Below, piece after piece: positions 9,009 through 19,331 of a DNA stretch of 64,000 nucleotides. Each line of letters begins with the position of its first letter. Positions within the stretch are counted from its first letter, which is position 1. A model generated the notes under the pieces. The model had not been told where the DNA came from. It saw only the letters and a program-made list of their open reading frames with translations, and did no database searches. Source of the stretch: Thermoproteota archaeon (lineage in GTDB: Archaea > Thermoproteota > Thermoprotei > Gearchaeales > Gearchaeaceae). Location: contig JAVVGF010000002.1 of the NCBI GenBank assembly GCA_032249235.1, positions 128,001 through 192,000 on the forward strand. Reading direction: 5' to 3'. A program made the translations under genes and the position numbers.

Positions 9009-10511
9009 TTGAAGATGAATCCTAAATTAGTAGAGTTAGCTAAAAGGAGAGGTATATTTTGGCAATCATTTGAAATATATGGAGGTGTAAGCGGATTCAT
9101 AGATTTTGGTCCAATAGGTGTTAAGATCCTTAAAAAAATAGAAAATGAATGGAGGAAAATTTTTCAGGAAAATCACGATTTCATATTCGAGATTTCAACA
9201 CCGATTGTAATGCCAGAAATTGTGCTAAAGGCTTCAGGCCACGTTGATCATTTTACTGATATAGTTTTGAGTTGTTTAAAATGCAATAGAAAATACAGAG
9301 TAGATAACATAATTGAAGAAGAAGGAATTGAAGGTTGGGAATTAGAAAAAATTGAAGGTTATATAAAAGATAAAAATCTAAAATGTCCTGAATGTGGAGG
9401 TGATTTCGATAAACCTTACAAATTTAATTTATTGATGAAAACGAACATAGGACCATATTCAGCAGACATTGGATATCTAAGACCTGAAGCAGCTCAAGGA
9501 ATATTCATCAATTTTAAAAGATTATATGAATACAATGGTAAAAAGCTACCGTTCGGTATTTTCCAAATCGGAAAAGTACAAAGAAATGAAATTTCTCCAA
9601 GAAAAGGTCTTCATAGAATGAGGGAGTTCACTATAATTGACTTAGAATTCTTTTTTGACAAAGAAAATCCCTCATGTAATTACCTAGCTAATATCAGAAA
9701 TGAGAAACTGAGAATAATGAGAGCAAAAAATAAGGAAATATCGGAGCTTTCTGTAGAGGATTTAATCAATGAAGAAATCATTTTGAATGAGTGGATGGCT
9801 TATTTTATGTTTTTATCTAAAGAATTTCTTAAAAGGCTAGGAATAAACTATCACAAACAATACTTCCTTGAAAAAGCACCTGAAGAAAGGGCACACTATT
9901 CCTCTCAAACATTTGATCATATGGTTATAATGAGCGATTCAACACATATAGAAGTTGCAGGTTTTGCTTTTAGAACGGATTACGATTTAAAGAATCATAG
10001 CGAAAAAAGCGGAGTACAATTGTATGCTGAAAGAATTGAAAACGGAAAAGTTAAAGAAAAGTTCTATCCTTATGTAGTAGAGCCTTCCTTCGGGCTTGAA
10101 AGACTCCTTCTGGTAACGTTGGATGCAGCTTATAGCGAAAACAATAACAGAATTATTCTAAAGTTGCCTAAACAAATTGCGCCTTATGATGCAATCGTAG
10201 CTCCATTAACTAAAAAGGAAAGTTTGGTTGAATTTTCAAAGGATGTATACTTAAAAATGAAAAGAGATAAAATAGATGTAGCCTTAGATACTACAGAATA
10301 CATCGGTAAAGTATACGCCAAAGCGGATGAAATAGGAGTTCCCTACGTCATAACAATAGATTATCAAAGCTTGGAAGATAATACTGTAACTATTCGTGAT
10401 AGAGATTCGTGGAGACAAATCAGGGTTAGCTTAAAAGATCTCACTACCAAATTAAAAGCTTTATTGAATGATGAGATAAAGTTTGAAGAAGCCGGACCAT
10501 TGATTAAGTAG
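9009..10511 (+). CDS. glyS: Glycine--tRNA ligase (alpha2 type)
   Basis: LRPEAAQG, RNEISPR, REFT, VVEPSFGLER, DEIGVP anticodon-binding domain. Confidence 0.95.
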   Translation: MKMNPKLVELAKRRGIFWQSFEIYGGVSGFIDFGPIGVKILKKIENEWRKIFQENHDFIFEISTPIVMPEIVLKASGHVDHFTDIVLSCLKCNRKYRVDNIIEEEGIEGWELEKIEGYIKDKNLKCPECGGDFDKPYKFNLLMKTNIGPYSADIGYLRPEAAQGIFINFKRLYEYNGKKLPFGIFQIGKVQRNEISPRKGLHRMREFTIIDLEFFFDKENPSCNYLANIRNEKLRIMRAKNKEISELSVEDLINEEIILNEWMAYFMFLSKEFLKRLGINYHKQYFLEKAPEERAHYSSQTFDHMVIMSDSTHIEVAGFAFRTDYDLKNHSEKSGVQLYAERIENGKVKEKFYPYVVEPSFGLERLLLVTLDAAYSENNNRIILKLPKQIAPYDAIVAPLTKKESLVEFSKDVYLKMKRDKIDVALDTTEYIGKVYAKADEIGVPYVITIDYQSLEDNTVTIRDRDSWRQIRVSLKDLTTKLKALLNDEIKFEEAGPLIK

Positions 10512-11505
10512 AAGAAGACGGTTTTCTCAAATAATAGTAGGCGAATAATGCTATGAATAAAATAATTAATACGCCTATAATTAAGGAGAAATCTATAGTA
10601 AATCCTTCAATATCGATAATTGAAAGAGATATTTCTATTTTTGTATTCGTAGATTCATCAATTACTATAGGAACCTTATATTCGTAGCTACCTACTTTAA
10701 TAACTAACAAATACATTCCTTTGGGTATATTGTTAAGCGTATAAAATCCATCAGAATAAGATAAGACCTGTGTTAAATTTCCTATAACTTTTACATCCGC
10801 ATTTTTTATAGGAAGACCTAATAAATCGGTTAGTTTGATTTTTAGATCAAATATATATATGTCCTAAGAGAAAAGGTGGTATTAGAAGATGTAACTACGA
10901 TCTGTTGCGTTAAAACATTGACCCCTTGATAAATGACTTTCGCTGTGAAGTTACCTATATATCCCGGCCACACAGCTTTTCCGTCAGTAATGGTTATATT
11001 TATAATTTATCAATTTTAAAGTATTAGAAATCAAATTAGTATAATTGCCTCCGCTTACTAATAATATAAAATTATTAGTTACATTTAAAGCGAGAAATTT
11101 TGTCTTTAAAGCTATATTTGCTTTATAAATTAAATCGTTTATATTAATATTACTAATAGAATCGTAGTATATCTATATTACTATTCCTTTTTCTATAAAA
11201 AAATCAAAAGTAGAAATTGGATTTAATGGACTTAAAAAACAACGAAGCAATCTTTCGGTTTGATTTAAATTAAATATAATAATTGTATAATTATTAATAT
11301 GACTCAAATAATTACCTAACTTCAATATATCTGTATTATTATAATATATTAAATTTAGAGAGAATATCGTTTAATTATAAGTATGATAAATATTTAATTC
11401 TTCGATTAGATTTGGTTGATCAGCCAATACTATCTGGGAGTTATGAGAAAAATCCAATATAGGGCTGGATGGAATTACTACCAATAAGATTGATGCCTTA
11501 AGCAT
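10504..11505 (-). pseudogene. Decayed cell-surface protein gene (carboxypeptidase-regulatory/Cna-B-like domain plus C-terminal TM anchor)
   Basis: The frame of the 70-aa ORF extends upstream as DLKIKLTDLLGLPIKNADVKV...DGFYTLNNIPKGMY. It is broken by a frameshift at (AT)5 10851-10860, another near 11010, and stops near 11174 and 11372. Confidence 0.7.
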
Positions 11506-11564
11506 TAATGAATCCTACTATCATGGCTATTTAAGCTTAAAAGCCCTTTATTTGAAATTTTAAA

Positions 11565-11834
11565 ATGATGAGTCAAAAACCTAGAAAAGAAAAAAGGTTA
11601 AGGATAAAACTTAAGGACGATGTAAAAGAAGGAAAACTACTGATAAATGAAAAAATAGCGAAAGAATTAGAGATTACGGATAAGGTAGAAATTGTAGTAG
11701 GAGGAAAGAAAAAACTTATCCTAGATGCACTTTTATCATCAGAAATACCTGAAGAAAATGTTTTTATAAATACTTTATTAGCTAAGGCTAATGGAATAGC
11801 AGATAATACTATAGCAACTATCAGAAAAGCTTAA
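11565..11834 (+). CDS. Stand-alone double-psi beta-barrel-like protein (CDC48/VAT N-domain-like)
   Basis: Two related halves GKLLINEKIAKELEITDKVEI / ENVFINTLLAKANGIADNTIATI. Confidence 0.55.
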   Translation: MMSQKPRKEKRLRIKLKDDVKEGKLLINEKIAKELEITDKVEIVVGGKKKLILDALLSSEIPEENVFINTLLAKANGIADNTIATIRKA

Positions 11835-12849
11835 TTTTCAATCCGAAACCCATAGCAAAAGGAAAGGTTAATAAAAGATCTTCAAGGATAATTATTGTTC
11901 TGCCTATTAAAATTGCAGCCGCAGATATTATAGGATTGATACCAAAACCTGAATATATTCCTATCATGATGGGCTCAACTACTCCAATGTTGGCAGGCAA
12001 AAGAACTGCGGATGTTGTTAAAAGAGCTACAATTGGAAAAGTGAATATTAAAATTCCAAGGTTTGCTGGATATCCTACTGCTAGAAAAGCTAAATAAAAG
12101 CTGAGCGAATTAAAAAACCACTGAATAATCATAAAGATTAAGGCAATCATGGAGGAAGGGCTTTTCAAAAGATAACGCCCAAAATAAGAAAAATCATCGA
12201 TAAATTTTTCTGATTTCTTTACTAAATAATCATATTTTGGCCTAATTTTTTTATTATTTTTTACAAATTTTTTTAATATGAATCTAATTATTTTTTTAGA
12301 GAAATTAGGGAATAATATAAATAGTAATAATAGAGTTATTAAAATAAATACAATATATAATGAAAATAACAAAACCGAAATTTCTAAATTAGAGAAAAAC
12401 ATCAAAATTAATCCTATAATGAGAAACAAACTCATAGCAAGACCGTATTGAAACTTATTTATGCTAAGCGTAGCAAGAAGTTTTTCGTTAGATATATTAT
12501 GATTCTTGTTTAGATAAACAATTCTTGCATACTCACCACTGAGCGAAAATGAAGGAACAATCAGATTAAAAAATATTGCAATACATGTTGACTTGAAGCT
12601 TTCATATAGCGAAATCTTTTCTAATTTTATCAGTAATGAATGCCAAGCCAAAAAGAAAAAAACTACCGCTAAAAAATTAGATAAAAGAATCATCATGAGA
12701 ATAACCCAATTACTTTCTAGGATAATTGACAAAATCCTATAGGGCCCTAAATTAATGAGTAAAAAGATGAATAATAATAAAATAACTAGTGTTATAATTA
12801 AGCGCAATAAAGTTTTTAGCATGTTCTCTTTAATTAATGAATAGAACAA
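11821..12849 (-). CDS. UPF0104 / LPG-synthase TM domain protein (putative flippase)
   Basis: Multi-TM protein with FFNLIVPSFSLSGEYAR and PANIGVVE. Confidence 0.85.
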   Translation of the reverse strand: MFYSLIKENMLKTLLRLIITLVILLLFIFLLINLGPYRILSIILESNWVILMMILLSNFLAVVFFFLAWHSLLIKLEKISLYESFKSTCIAIFFNLIVPSFSLSGEYARIVYLNKNHNISNEKLLATLSINKFQYGLAMSLFLIIGLILMFFSNLEISVLLFSLYIVFILITLLLLFILFPNFSKKIIRFILKKFVKNNKKIRPKYDYLVKKSEKFIDDFSYFGRYLLKSPSSMIALIFMIIQWFFNSLSFYLAFLAVGYPANLGILIFTFPIVALLTTSAVLLPANIGVVEPIMIGIYSGFGINPIISAAAILIGRTIIILEDLLLTFPFAMGFGLKIKLF

Positions 12850-12856
12850 TTTAAGT

Positions 12857-13408
12857 TTGAAAATGGGAAAAACAGCAATTTATGCAGGAGGATTTTTTGT
12901 ATTACTAGATGAAGAGAATGGACCAGAACTATACAGAGAAGGTTTCTACGGTAAACCTTTGGGCATAGATAAACCTAAAACGCCTATTTTCAAAGCAAAA
13001 ATGATTCTGAGCTTCTATGAAGCATTATATCTTAAGCGGAAGAAGGACTTAAAGATATTGGATAGTCTAGGTAATGAAATAAAGGAAGAGGAAATATTAA
13101 AAGAAGCAAGCAACTACATTGATAATTTCGATATAAAATTTGCAGTCTACGAAGATTTAAGGAATAAAGGATATATTCCCAAACCGGGAATGAAATATGG
13201 CGTTACATATCTAGTATATGAGTATGGACCTGGTATAGATCATGCTCCGTTCTTGGTTCATGTTATAAAACAAGCTGAAAATATGGAAGTGTTAGAAATA
13301 CTAAGAGCCGGTAGGCTTTCCCATAGTGTCAAGAAAAGACTTATAATCGCTACTGTGGAGCCAAAAAGCTATCGAATAAGCTACTATCTTTTCAAGTGGT
13401 TTGAATAA
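12857..13408 (+). CDS. endA: tRNA splicing endonuclease catalytic subunit
   Basis: VYEDLRNKGY, GMKYG, LVY, GPGIDHAPF, SHSVKK (Y/H/K triad); GFYGKPLGIDKPK crenarchaeal-type loop. Confidence 0.93.
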   Translation: MKMGKTAIYAGGFFVLLDEENGPELYREGFYGKPLGIDKPKTPIFKAKMILSFYEALYLKRKKDLKILDSLGNEIKEEEILKEASNYIDNFDIKFAVYEDLRNKGYIPKPGMKYGVTYLVYEYGPGIDHAPFLVHVIKQAENMEVLEILRAGRLSHSVKKRLIIATVEPKSYRISYYLFKWFE

Positions 13409-13582
13409 AAGCTAGATGATGTAAACAATGTTTTAGCGTTATCTACAGCACTGTAAATTGGAAACTTACATACTACTTTGAATTGAAAGATTAAAGAATT
13501 GCTTGGTAGGAAAATACAGTTAAAAACATAAATTTCGATAATTAAAAGATTAAATAGTAGTTGATAGGATAGACATTAAATA

Positions 13583-15121
13583 ATGCCTGAAAAATACATA
13601 GTTGATCTACAAACAGTCTCATCATCTACATTGAGAGACTTGATTATCGATGGAACTGTTAGAGGTAAGTTATATATTCATACTGGATATTTCAAAAACG
13701 TTAGTTCAGAAGAGGAACTTCGTAGCATAGCTGAATCTATTATGGAGATCACAAACTTAAGCTCTTTATATGAAGATGTCACCGCTGAATTGATTAGCCA
13801 TATTCCTAAAGGCTTAAAGATTGATGACTTATATTCAGATAAAAATCACTTTTTGATAAGTTTGGCCATTGAACTAGATTGCATAATAATAACTAGTGAT
13901 CCTATTCTAGCACAAATGACGAAAGCTTCTAGAATAAAATGCATTTATAAGGAACCTGAAAAGAGAATTCCTTCATTTACTAAATACTTTACAGAAGATG
14001 TTATGAGCTTACATCTTAAAGAGGGATCTTATCCTTATGTTAAAAGAGGTAAACCAGGAAAATGGGTTTTAGAGAAGATAGATGATAAGATTCTAACACG
14101 AGCCGAATTGGAAAATATAGCAAGAGAAATATATGAAATTGCAAAAACTTCTTACGAGCAAGTAAAGGAAATAGACAGGAAGTCTTCACTTATAGCACAA
14201 CTGGGTCACTATAGAATTGTTTTCGTTAAACCGCCTTTATCTGATGGTATGGAAATAACAATAGTACGCCCAGTTAAGACTTTGAGATTAGAGGACTACA
14301 AGATATCTGAGAGGTTAATGAAGAGATTAGAAGAGCAGGCTGAGGGGATACTCATTGCTGGTGCACCTGGTATGGGTAAAACAACTTTTGCACAAGCATT
14401 GGCTGAATTTTATCTTAGAAAAAATAAAATCGTAAAGACTGTTGAATCACCAAGAGATATGAATTTACCTGTTGAAATCACTCAGTATTCAAAGACCCAT
14501 GGAACATCAGAGGAACTTCACGATATATTATTGCTATCAAGACCAGATTATACAATATTCGATGAAATGCGTGACACGAAAGACTTTGAACTTTATACAG
14601 ATTTAAGACTTGCAGGTATCGGCATGGTTGGTGTAATACATGCAACAACCCCAATAGATGCAATACAAAGATTTATTAATAGAGTAGAGCTAGGTATGAT
14701 CCCTTCAATAATAGATACTGTAATTTTCATAAAATACGGTGAAATAAACAAAGTTTATACTCTGGAAACCGCAGTCAAAGTACCTCATGGATTGACAGAA
14801 GCTGATTTAACTAGACCAGTTGTGCTAGTGAAAGATTTTGAGACTGAAGAACCAGAATATGAAATATACGTGTTTGGTGAGAGAACTTTCGTTGTTCCAA
14901 TTAAAAAAGAATATGAAACTTATGATGAAACAAAAAAAGGAATAATCAAGACGTTGCGCAAATATGTTCCAAGTGTAGAAATAGAAGTGGAGAAAAGGGA
15001 AGGAGCGTATATTGTAAAAGTACCTATGAAATATTACACTAGAATTCAACATTTAGCTTCCAAAAAACTTAAGAAGATAGCTACGAAATACGATGCAGCT
15101 ATTGAGATAATACCTATATAA
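13583..15121 (+). CDS. PINA-type ATPase (PIN + VirB11-like ATPase + KH)
   Basis: GAPGMGKTT, VKTVESPRDM, DEMR, DLRLAGIGMVGVIHA; divergent N-terminal PIN. Confidence 0.9.
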   Translation: MPEKYIVDLQTVSSSTLRDLIIDGTVRGKLYIHTGYFKNVSSEEELRSIAESIMEITNLSSLYEDVTAELISHIPKGLKIDDLYSDKNHFLISLAIELDCIIITSDPILAQMTKASRIKCIYKEPEKRIPSFTKYFTEDVMSLHLKEGSYPYVKRGKPGKWVLEKIDDKILTRAELENIAREIYEIAKTSYEQVKEIDRKSSLIAQLGHYRIVFVKPPLSDGMEITIVRPVKTLRLEDYKISERLMKRLEEQAEGILIAGAPGMGKTTFAQALAEFYLRKNKIVKTVESPRDMNLPVEITQYSKTHGTSEELHDILLLSRPDYTIFDEMRDTKDFELYTDLRLAGIGMVGVIHATTPIDAIQRFINRVELGMIPSIIDTVIFIKYGEINKVYTLETAVKVPHGLTEADLTRPVVLVKDFETEEPEYEIYVFGERTFVVPIKKEYETYDETKKGIIKTLRKYVPSVEIEVEKREGAYIVKVPMKYYTRIQHLASKKLKKIATKYDAAIEIIPI

Positions 15122-15142
15122 CAAATCGAAGATAATTGTAAT

Positions 15143-15201
15143 AGCGATGATATAACAGAGTTACACTGAGTAAAAATGAAGAAAAGGCATTTGGTTGAGC
15201 A
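15143..15201 (+). ncRNA. Box C/D methylation guide sRNA, probable 23S rRNA targets
   Basis: C-like ATGATA (15147), 12-nt guide, D' CTGA (15166-69), C' ATGAAGA (15176-82), 12-nt guide, D TTGA (15195-98). Guides are complementary to the conserved 23S segments GUAACUCUG and CCAAAUGCCUU. Confidence 0.8.
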
Positions 15202-15248
15202 TCAAAACATTTTAAGACCCATTAATTCTTATTTATATTAGATATTAG

Positions 15249-15322
15249 GCGGACGTCGTCTAGCTTGGTTAGGACATCAGCCTGCCACGCTGGGAACCCG
15301 GGTTCAAATCCCGGCGTCCGCA
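15249..15322 (+). tRNA. tRNA-Gly(GCC), intronless, CCA not encoded
   Basis: Acceptor GCGGACG/CGTCCGC, anticodon arm TCAGC-CTGCCAC-GCTGG, T arm CCGGG-TTCAAAT-CCCGG, discriminator A. Confidence 0.96.
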
Positions 15323-15362
15323 TAACGAAAGATTTAAATTCTAATAGTGAAAAAGCATTAAA

Positions 15363-16349
15363 GTGTTAATTGAGTTATCAATAATTCTATTTATCATATC
15401 CTTTCTATCTGTCTCTCTGCAAATTCCTTATTGGATTAAATACTTCATAAAAATTGGTAAAACTGGAATAGATATCCATAAAGAAAACAAGCCGCATATA
15501 CCTGAAATGGGAGGAGTTTCAATAATAATCACAGCATCTATATTAGGCATAATTCTTTATGTTTTTACTAAAGATTTGAAATATCTAGCTATAATTGGAG
15601 CCGCAATAATCGGTGGAATTATAGGCTTATTAGATGATCTCATTGATTTGGGAGGAAAATTGAAGCCTATATTAACGCTTCTTACTTCTATTCCAATATT
15701 AGCCTTAGGATTATATTATCCAAGACCTGCACTTCCTTTCATACCTTCAACTCAGCTTACAATCTTATATCCTATCTTAATACCCATTGGTATGGCAGTA
15801 GCTTCTAATGCCGTCAATATGCTTGACGTGATAAATGGAGCGACACCACTTTTATTAATTCCTATTTTTCTAGCGCTAATCGCTATTTCATTAATATTCG
15901 GAAACATCTCAGTCTTGCCCATAGCGACTTTAATTTTAGGATCGCTTATTGCTTTTTACATCTTTAATAAATATCCAGCAAAAATCTTCATGGGCAATTG
16001 TGGAGATTTCTATTTGGGTGCTTTTTTAGGAGCCATAGCGATTGTATTCAGCTTAGAGGTAGCAGTCCTAGTAGCAATGTTTCCATATATCATGAATGGA
16101 TTTTATGCACTATCTTCGGTAGGAAGATTATTCGAGAGAAAAGAAATTAAAGATAAACCTGTAATTTTCAGGAACAATCTTTTAAATGCTTCATTAAATA
16201 AGCAAGCACCTATGACACTTCTAAGAATTATCGTAGCAAAGGGGCCCTTAACTGAAAAACAAGCAGCAACAATTTTGTTCATTCTTTCATGCACATCTTC
16301 AATTCTAGCTGTAGTCACTGAATTTCTTACAAAGGTGAAGCTGATTTGA
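15363..16349 (+). CDS. MraY/GPT-family polyprenol-phosphate GlcNAc-1-P transferase (AglH-like)
   Basis: DIHK, PEMGG, GLLDD, NAVNMLDVING, YPAKIFMGNCG. Confidence 0.88.
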   Translation: MLIELSIILFIISFLSVSLQIPYWIKYFIKIGKTGIDIHKENKPHIPEMGGVSIIITASILGIILYVFTKDLKYLAIIGAAIIGGIIGLLDDLIDLGGKLKPILTLLTSIPILALGLYYPRPALPFIPSTQLTILYPILIPIGMAVASNAVNMLDVINGATPLLLIPIFLALIAISLIFGNISVLPIATLILGSLIAFYIFNKYPAKIFMGNCGDFYLGAFLGAIAIVFSLEVAVLVAMFPYIMNGFYALSSVGRLFERKEIKDKPVIFRNNLLNASLNKQAPMTLLRIIVAKGPLTEKQAATILFILSCTSSILAVVTEFLTKVKLI

Positions 16350-16585
16350 TAAAGAATGTTTTGTTCGTAATTTCATTATTGTTAGTTTCATGGATATTGT
16401 TTTTGTTTTTCTCATCAATTATAGCTTATATCATACATTTAGGTTATGATAAAGATCTTTTTCATAACATATTTAATTCAATTATCGGCGTCGTGCTTCT
16501 TATTATATGGCTAGCTTTATGGTATTATATAACGAGAAAAGCTTTTTTCAATGCGTTGAAGAGTTATCAGCCCAGTACTTCTTAG
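16346..16585 (+). CDS. Small two-TM membrane protein
   Basis: Two hydrophobic helices; start overlaps upstream stop. Confidence 0.55.
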   Translation: MIKNVLFVISLLLVSWILFLFFSSIIAYIIHLGYDKDLFHNIFNSIIGVVLLIIWLALWYYITRKAFFNALKSYQPSTS

Positions 16586-19309
16586 TTCTAGCATAGTTGA
16601 TTTCATATTCTATAATTCTTTTAATCAAATCATTTTTATTTCCATTCCAATTTATCAAAATCCTTCTAGCGAATTCAGGACCTATACCTCTACCAGCCAT
16701 AACTAAAGCAGCGATTTTTCCAAATCTAGCCATTAGTTCTGAACTTAAAATGAAACGGTTAAAGTCATTGTCTAACTTTTTCAGTTCCTTTATCCTTGAT
16801 CTCTTAAAAGCTTCAACAACTTTCATCATACCTTCATCATATGGATTTACAACAGCTATCTTTACAGAACCGCATCTAAAACAACGAGGATTCTCCTCTA
16901 GCTCACTTACTTTCTTTTTGATTTCGTATTTGCATGCAAAGCAAATAAACAGTAATTCTTCATCAAGCAAACGCTTCTCAACAGCCTCGACTAATGAAAG
17001 CGCAGGTTTATCAATTATTTCTTTGAATATAGGAAAGCGTGATAAAAGTTTAGAAGCTATAGGAGACGGATTTCTAGTTTCGAAACAAAGCACCTTAATA
17101 TCTCTACTGAGGTTATTAACAAAGTCTAACAGTTCATCTATATTTAAGTAGTATTGGAAATACCATTTTATTGCTTCTTCTTCAGAGAATGTATTTCTTA
17201 ATGATCTGAGAATCTTTGGTGTTATTTCTTTAAAAGATTCTTTCTTGAAAACGCCCGTAAAAACTGAAACTTGTTTTAGGATGGAAAGAAAAACATAATC
17301 ATCGTATAAGAAATTCGCTATGAAATCCCTATCATTATAAATTTTTGGAATCATGTTTACGTATCTAAGGAGTTGATCAAAAGTTATTTGCTCTTTTATT
17401 TGCATTACAACACCATAAGCTGTTGATATTGTTTCAGTTATTTTGTTTCGAAGAATGCCTTTTAAAAGAGTTGCCAGCGCTCTATTTATTTTTGTACCAC
17501 GAGGATTTATTATAATAAAAAAGTTTTCAAATTTTTCTACGATTAAAAGATCTTTAGAAGGAATAAAAGGTGAATTAATTATGATTTCTTTAGTAAATGA
17601 TTCAATTTCCTTCAATAATTCTTGATCTATAGTAACATATCCTTGATTTAGCTTTGTGAATTGTTTGAATTTAATTAACTCCTTTAGCAATTCGAAAACA
17701 TTTTCTGCAACTTCTTTGCTAACAGGTAATAGCTCGCCTATCCATATGGGTATTTCTGCTTCAGAAGAAACTTCTAAAAGCTCAGCTATATTTTTCTCTT
17801 CATTTATAGATACAACTTTCCAAGCTTTACCTGCAAGAACCAATGGAACATTATCTTCATAACATTCGAAAAGTATACGTCCATCAACTTTACCTATCAA
17901 CTTTCTTGAATGAATATCAATACAACTATACAAAGGTTCTTCAAATATCGTAGATATTGTATTAAAATAATAAGGTATAGCTTTTATTCTAATCGGATAT
18001 ATATTTTCATTTTTTATTGTAATCAATCTACTATTAGATAAATTATTAAGAATATTTTCTAGTTCTTCATTAGAAAGATTTTTATATAAATTTATATTTT
18101 TGATTTTAGAATATAGATCATATACACTAATTGATCCATTAATTAATAATAAACCTATAATATGATGTATTAAAATATCGTAAGTATTAACAATTTTTTC
18201 TTTTTCTAAGATATCATTATTAGAATTATTAGCAATTACATAAGCTTCTAGTGCTTCAATTGGGTCTGTTACAAAGATTTCTCCTCTTGCATTCAATCCA
18301 AATTTATGCTGGGATCTTCCGACCCTTTGCTTAAATATCTTAGCTTGAATAGGAGAACCATATTGTATAACAATATCTACAAACGGAATATCTAAGCCAT
18401 ATTCTAAAGAACTTGTAGCAACTACGGCTTTTAACTTACCTTCTTTTAATTTAGTTTCAACTTCTTCTCTAACTTCTTTACCTAAGCTGCTATGATGAGC
18501 TTCAATGTTAAGATTTTGTTTCTCTTTTAAAAAATATGCAAGATGTTCAGCCATGCTTCTAGTATTAGCGAATATTATAGCTGAGTTGTGCTCTTCAAGT
18601 ATTTTCTCAACTTTTAATGCAAAATCGTTTAAGTTTTTTGAAAATCTAATAACAACATTTGCCATTCTTTCAGAGCTTTCATTTATAATTACATAGCTTT
18701 TATTTCCAAAGAGCAATTCAGCTAAAATATTCGCCTCGATAATTGTTGCAGACAAACCTATTATACGGAAACTATTTTTGAACTCTTTCAATCTCTCAAT
18801 TGTAAGCAATAAATGAATACCTCTTCTACCTTCAAGAAGTTCATGTACTTCATCTATTATTAAAAACTCTAAATCTTTGAAATACTTATTGAATCCTTCT
18901 ATTACACATAAAGCGTCAAGAGTTTCAGGAGTAGTTATAAGTATATGAGGTGGAGATTGCAATAAGTTAGATCTTTCTGAAGATGGAGAATCGCCATGGC
19001 GAACTTTTATTTTGACCCCTAAGTTTTCGCATAACGTAGCCATTCTTCTAAATATATCTCTATTTAAAGCTCGTAGAGGAGTTACATAGATGGCCCTTAA
19101 ACCTTGAAGATTCCTTCTCATTATGATATCTATAATTGGAAAAAACACAGCTTCTGTTTTTCCTGAACCTGTTGGAGAAGATATTAACAAATTTGTCTCT
19201 TTAAATAAAACAACAGGTATCGATTTCTCTTGAATAAGAGTAGGTCTTATATAACCTAGTTTATGAATTTCATTTCTTAGCCTATCATTAAGTAGAAAAA
19301 ACTATCCAT
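16548..19309 (-). CDS. lhr: Lhr-family SF2 helicase; 5' end needs a -1 frameshift (main frame 16548-19295)
   Basis: Q motif GYIRPTLIQ, PTGSGKT, DEVH, SAT, QRVGRS, C-terminal CxxC...CxxCGS. ATG at 19309 is one base out of frame. Confidence 0.88.
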
Positions 19310-19331
19310 AAACTTTTATGAAATAACTTCT

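Noticed and set aside
13409-13582. ATGATGT box-C-like motif downstream of endA
   Set aside because: No properly spaced D', C' or D boxes and no recognisable rRNA complement; could be a decayed ORF remnant.
16597-17151. 184-aa antisense ORF, and similar shadow ORFs (e.g. 996-1367, 5177-5620, 24514-24912, 36680-37075, 55038-55559)
   Set aside because: Ser/Phe/Leu-rich mirror frames of well-supported genes on the opposite strand.
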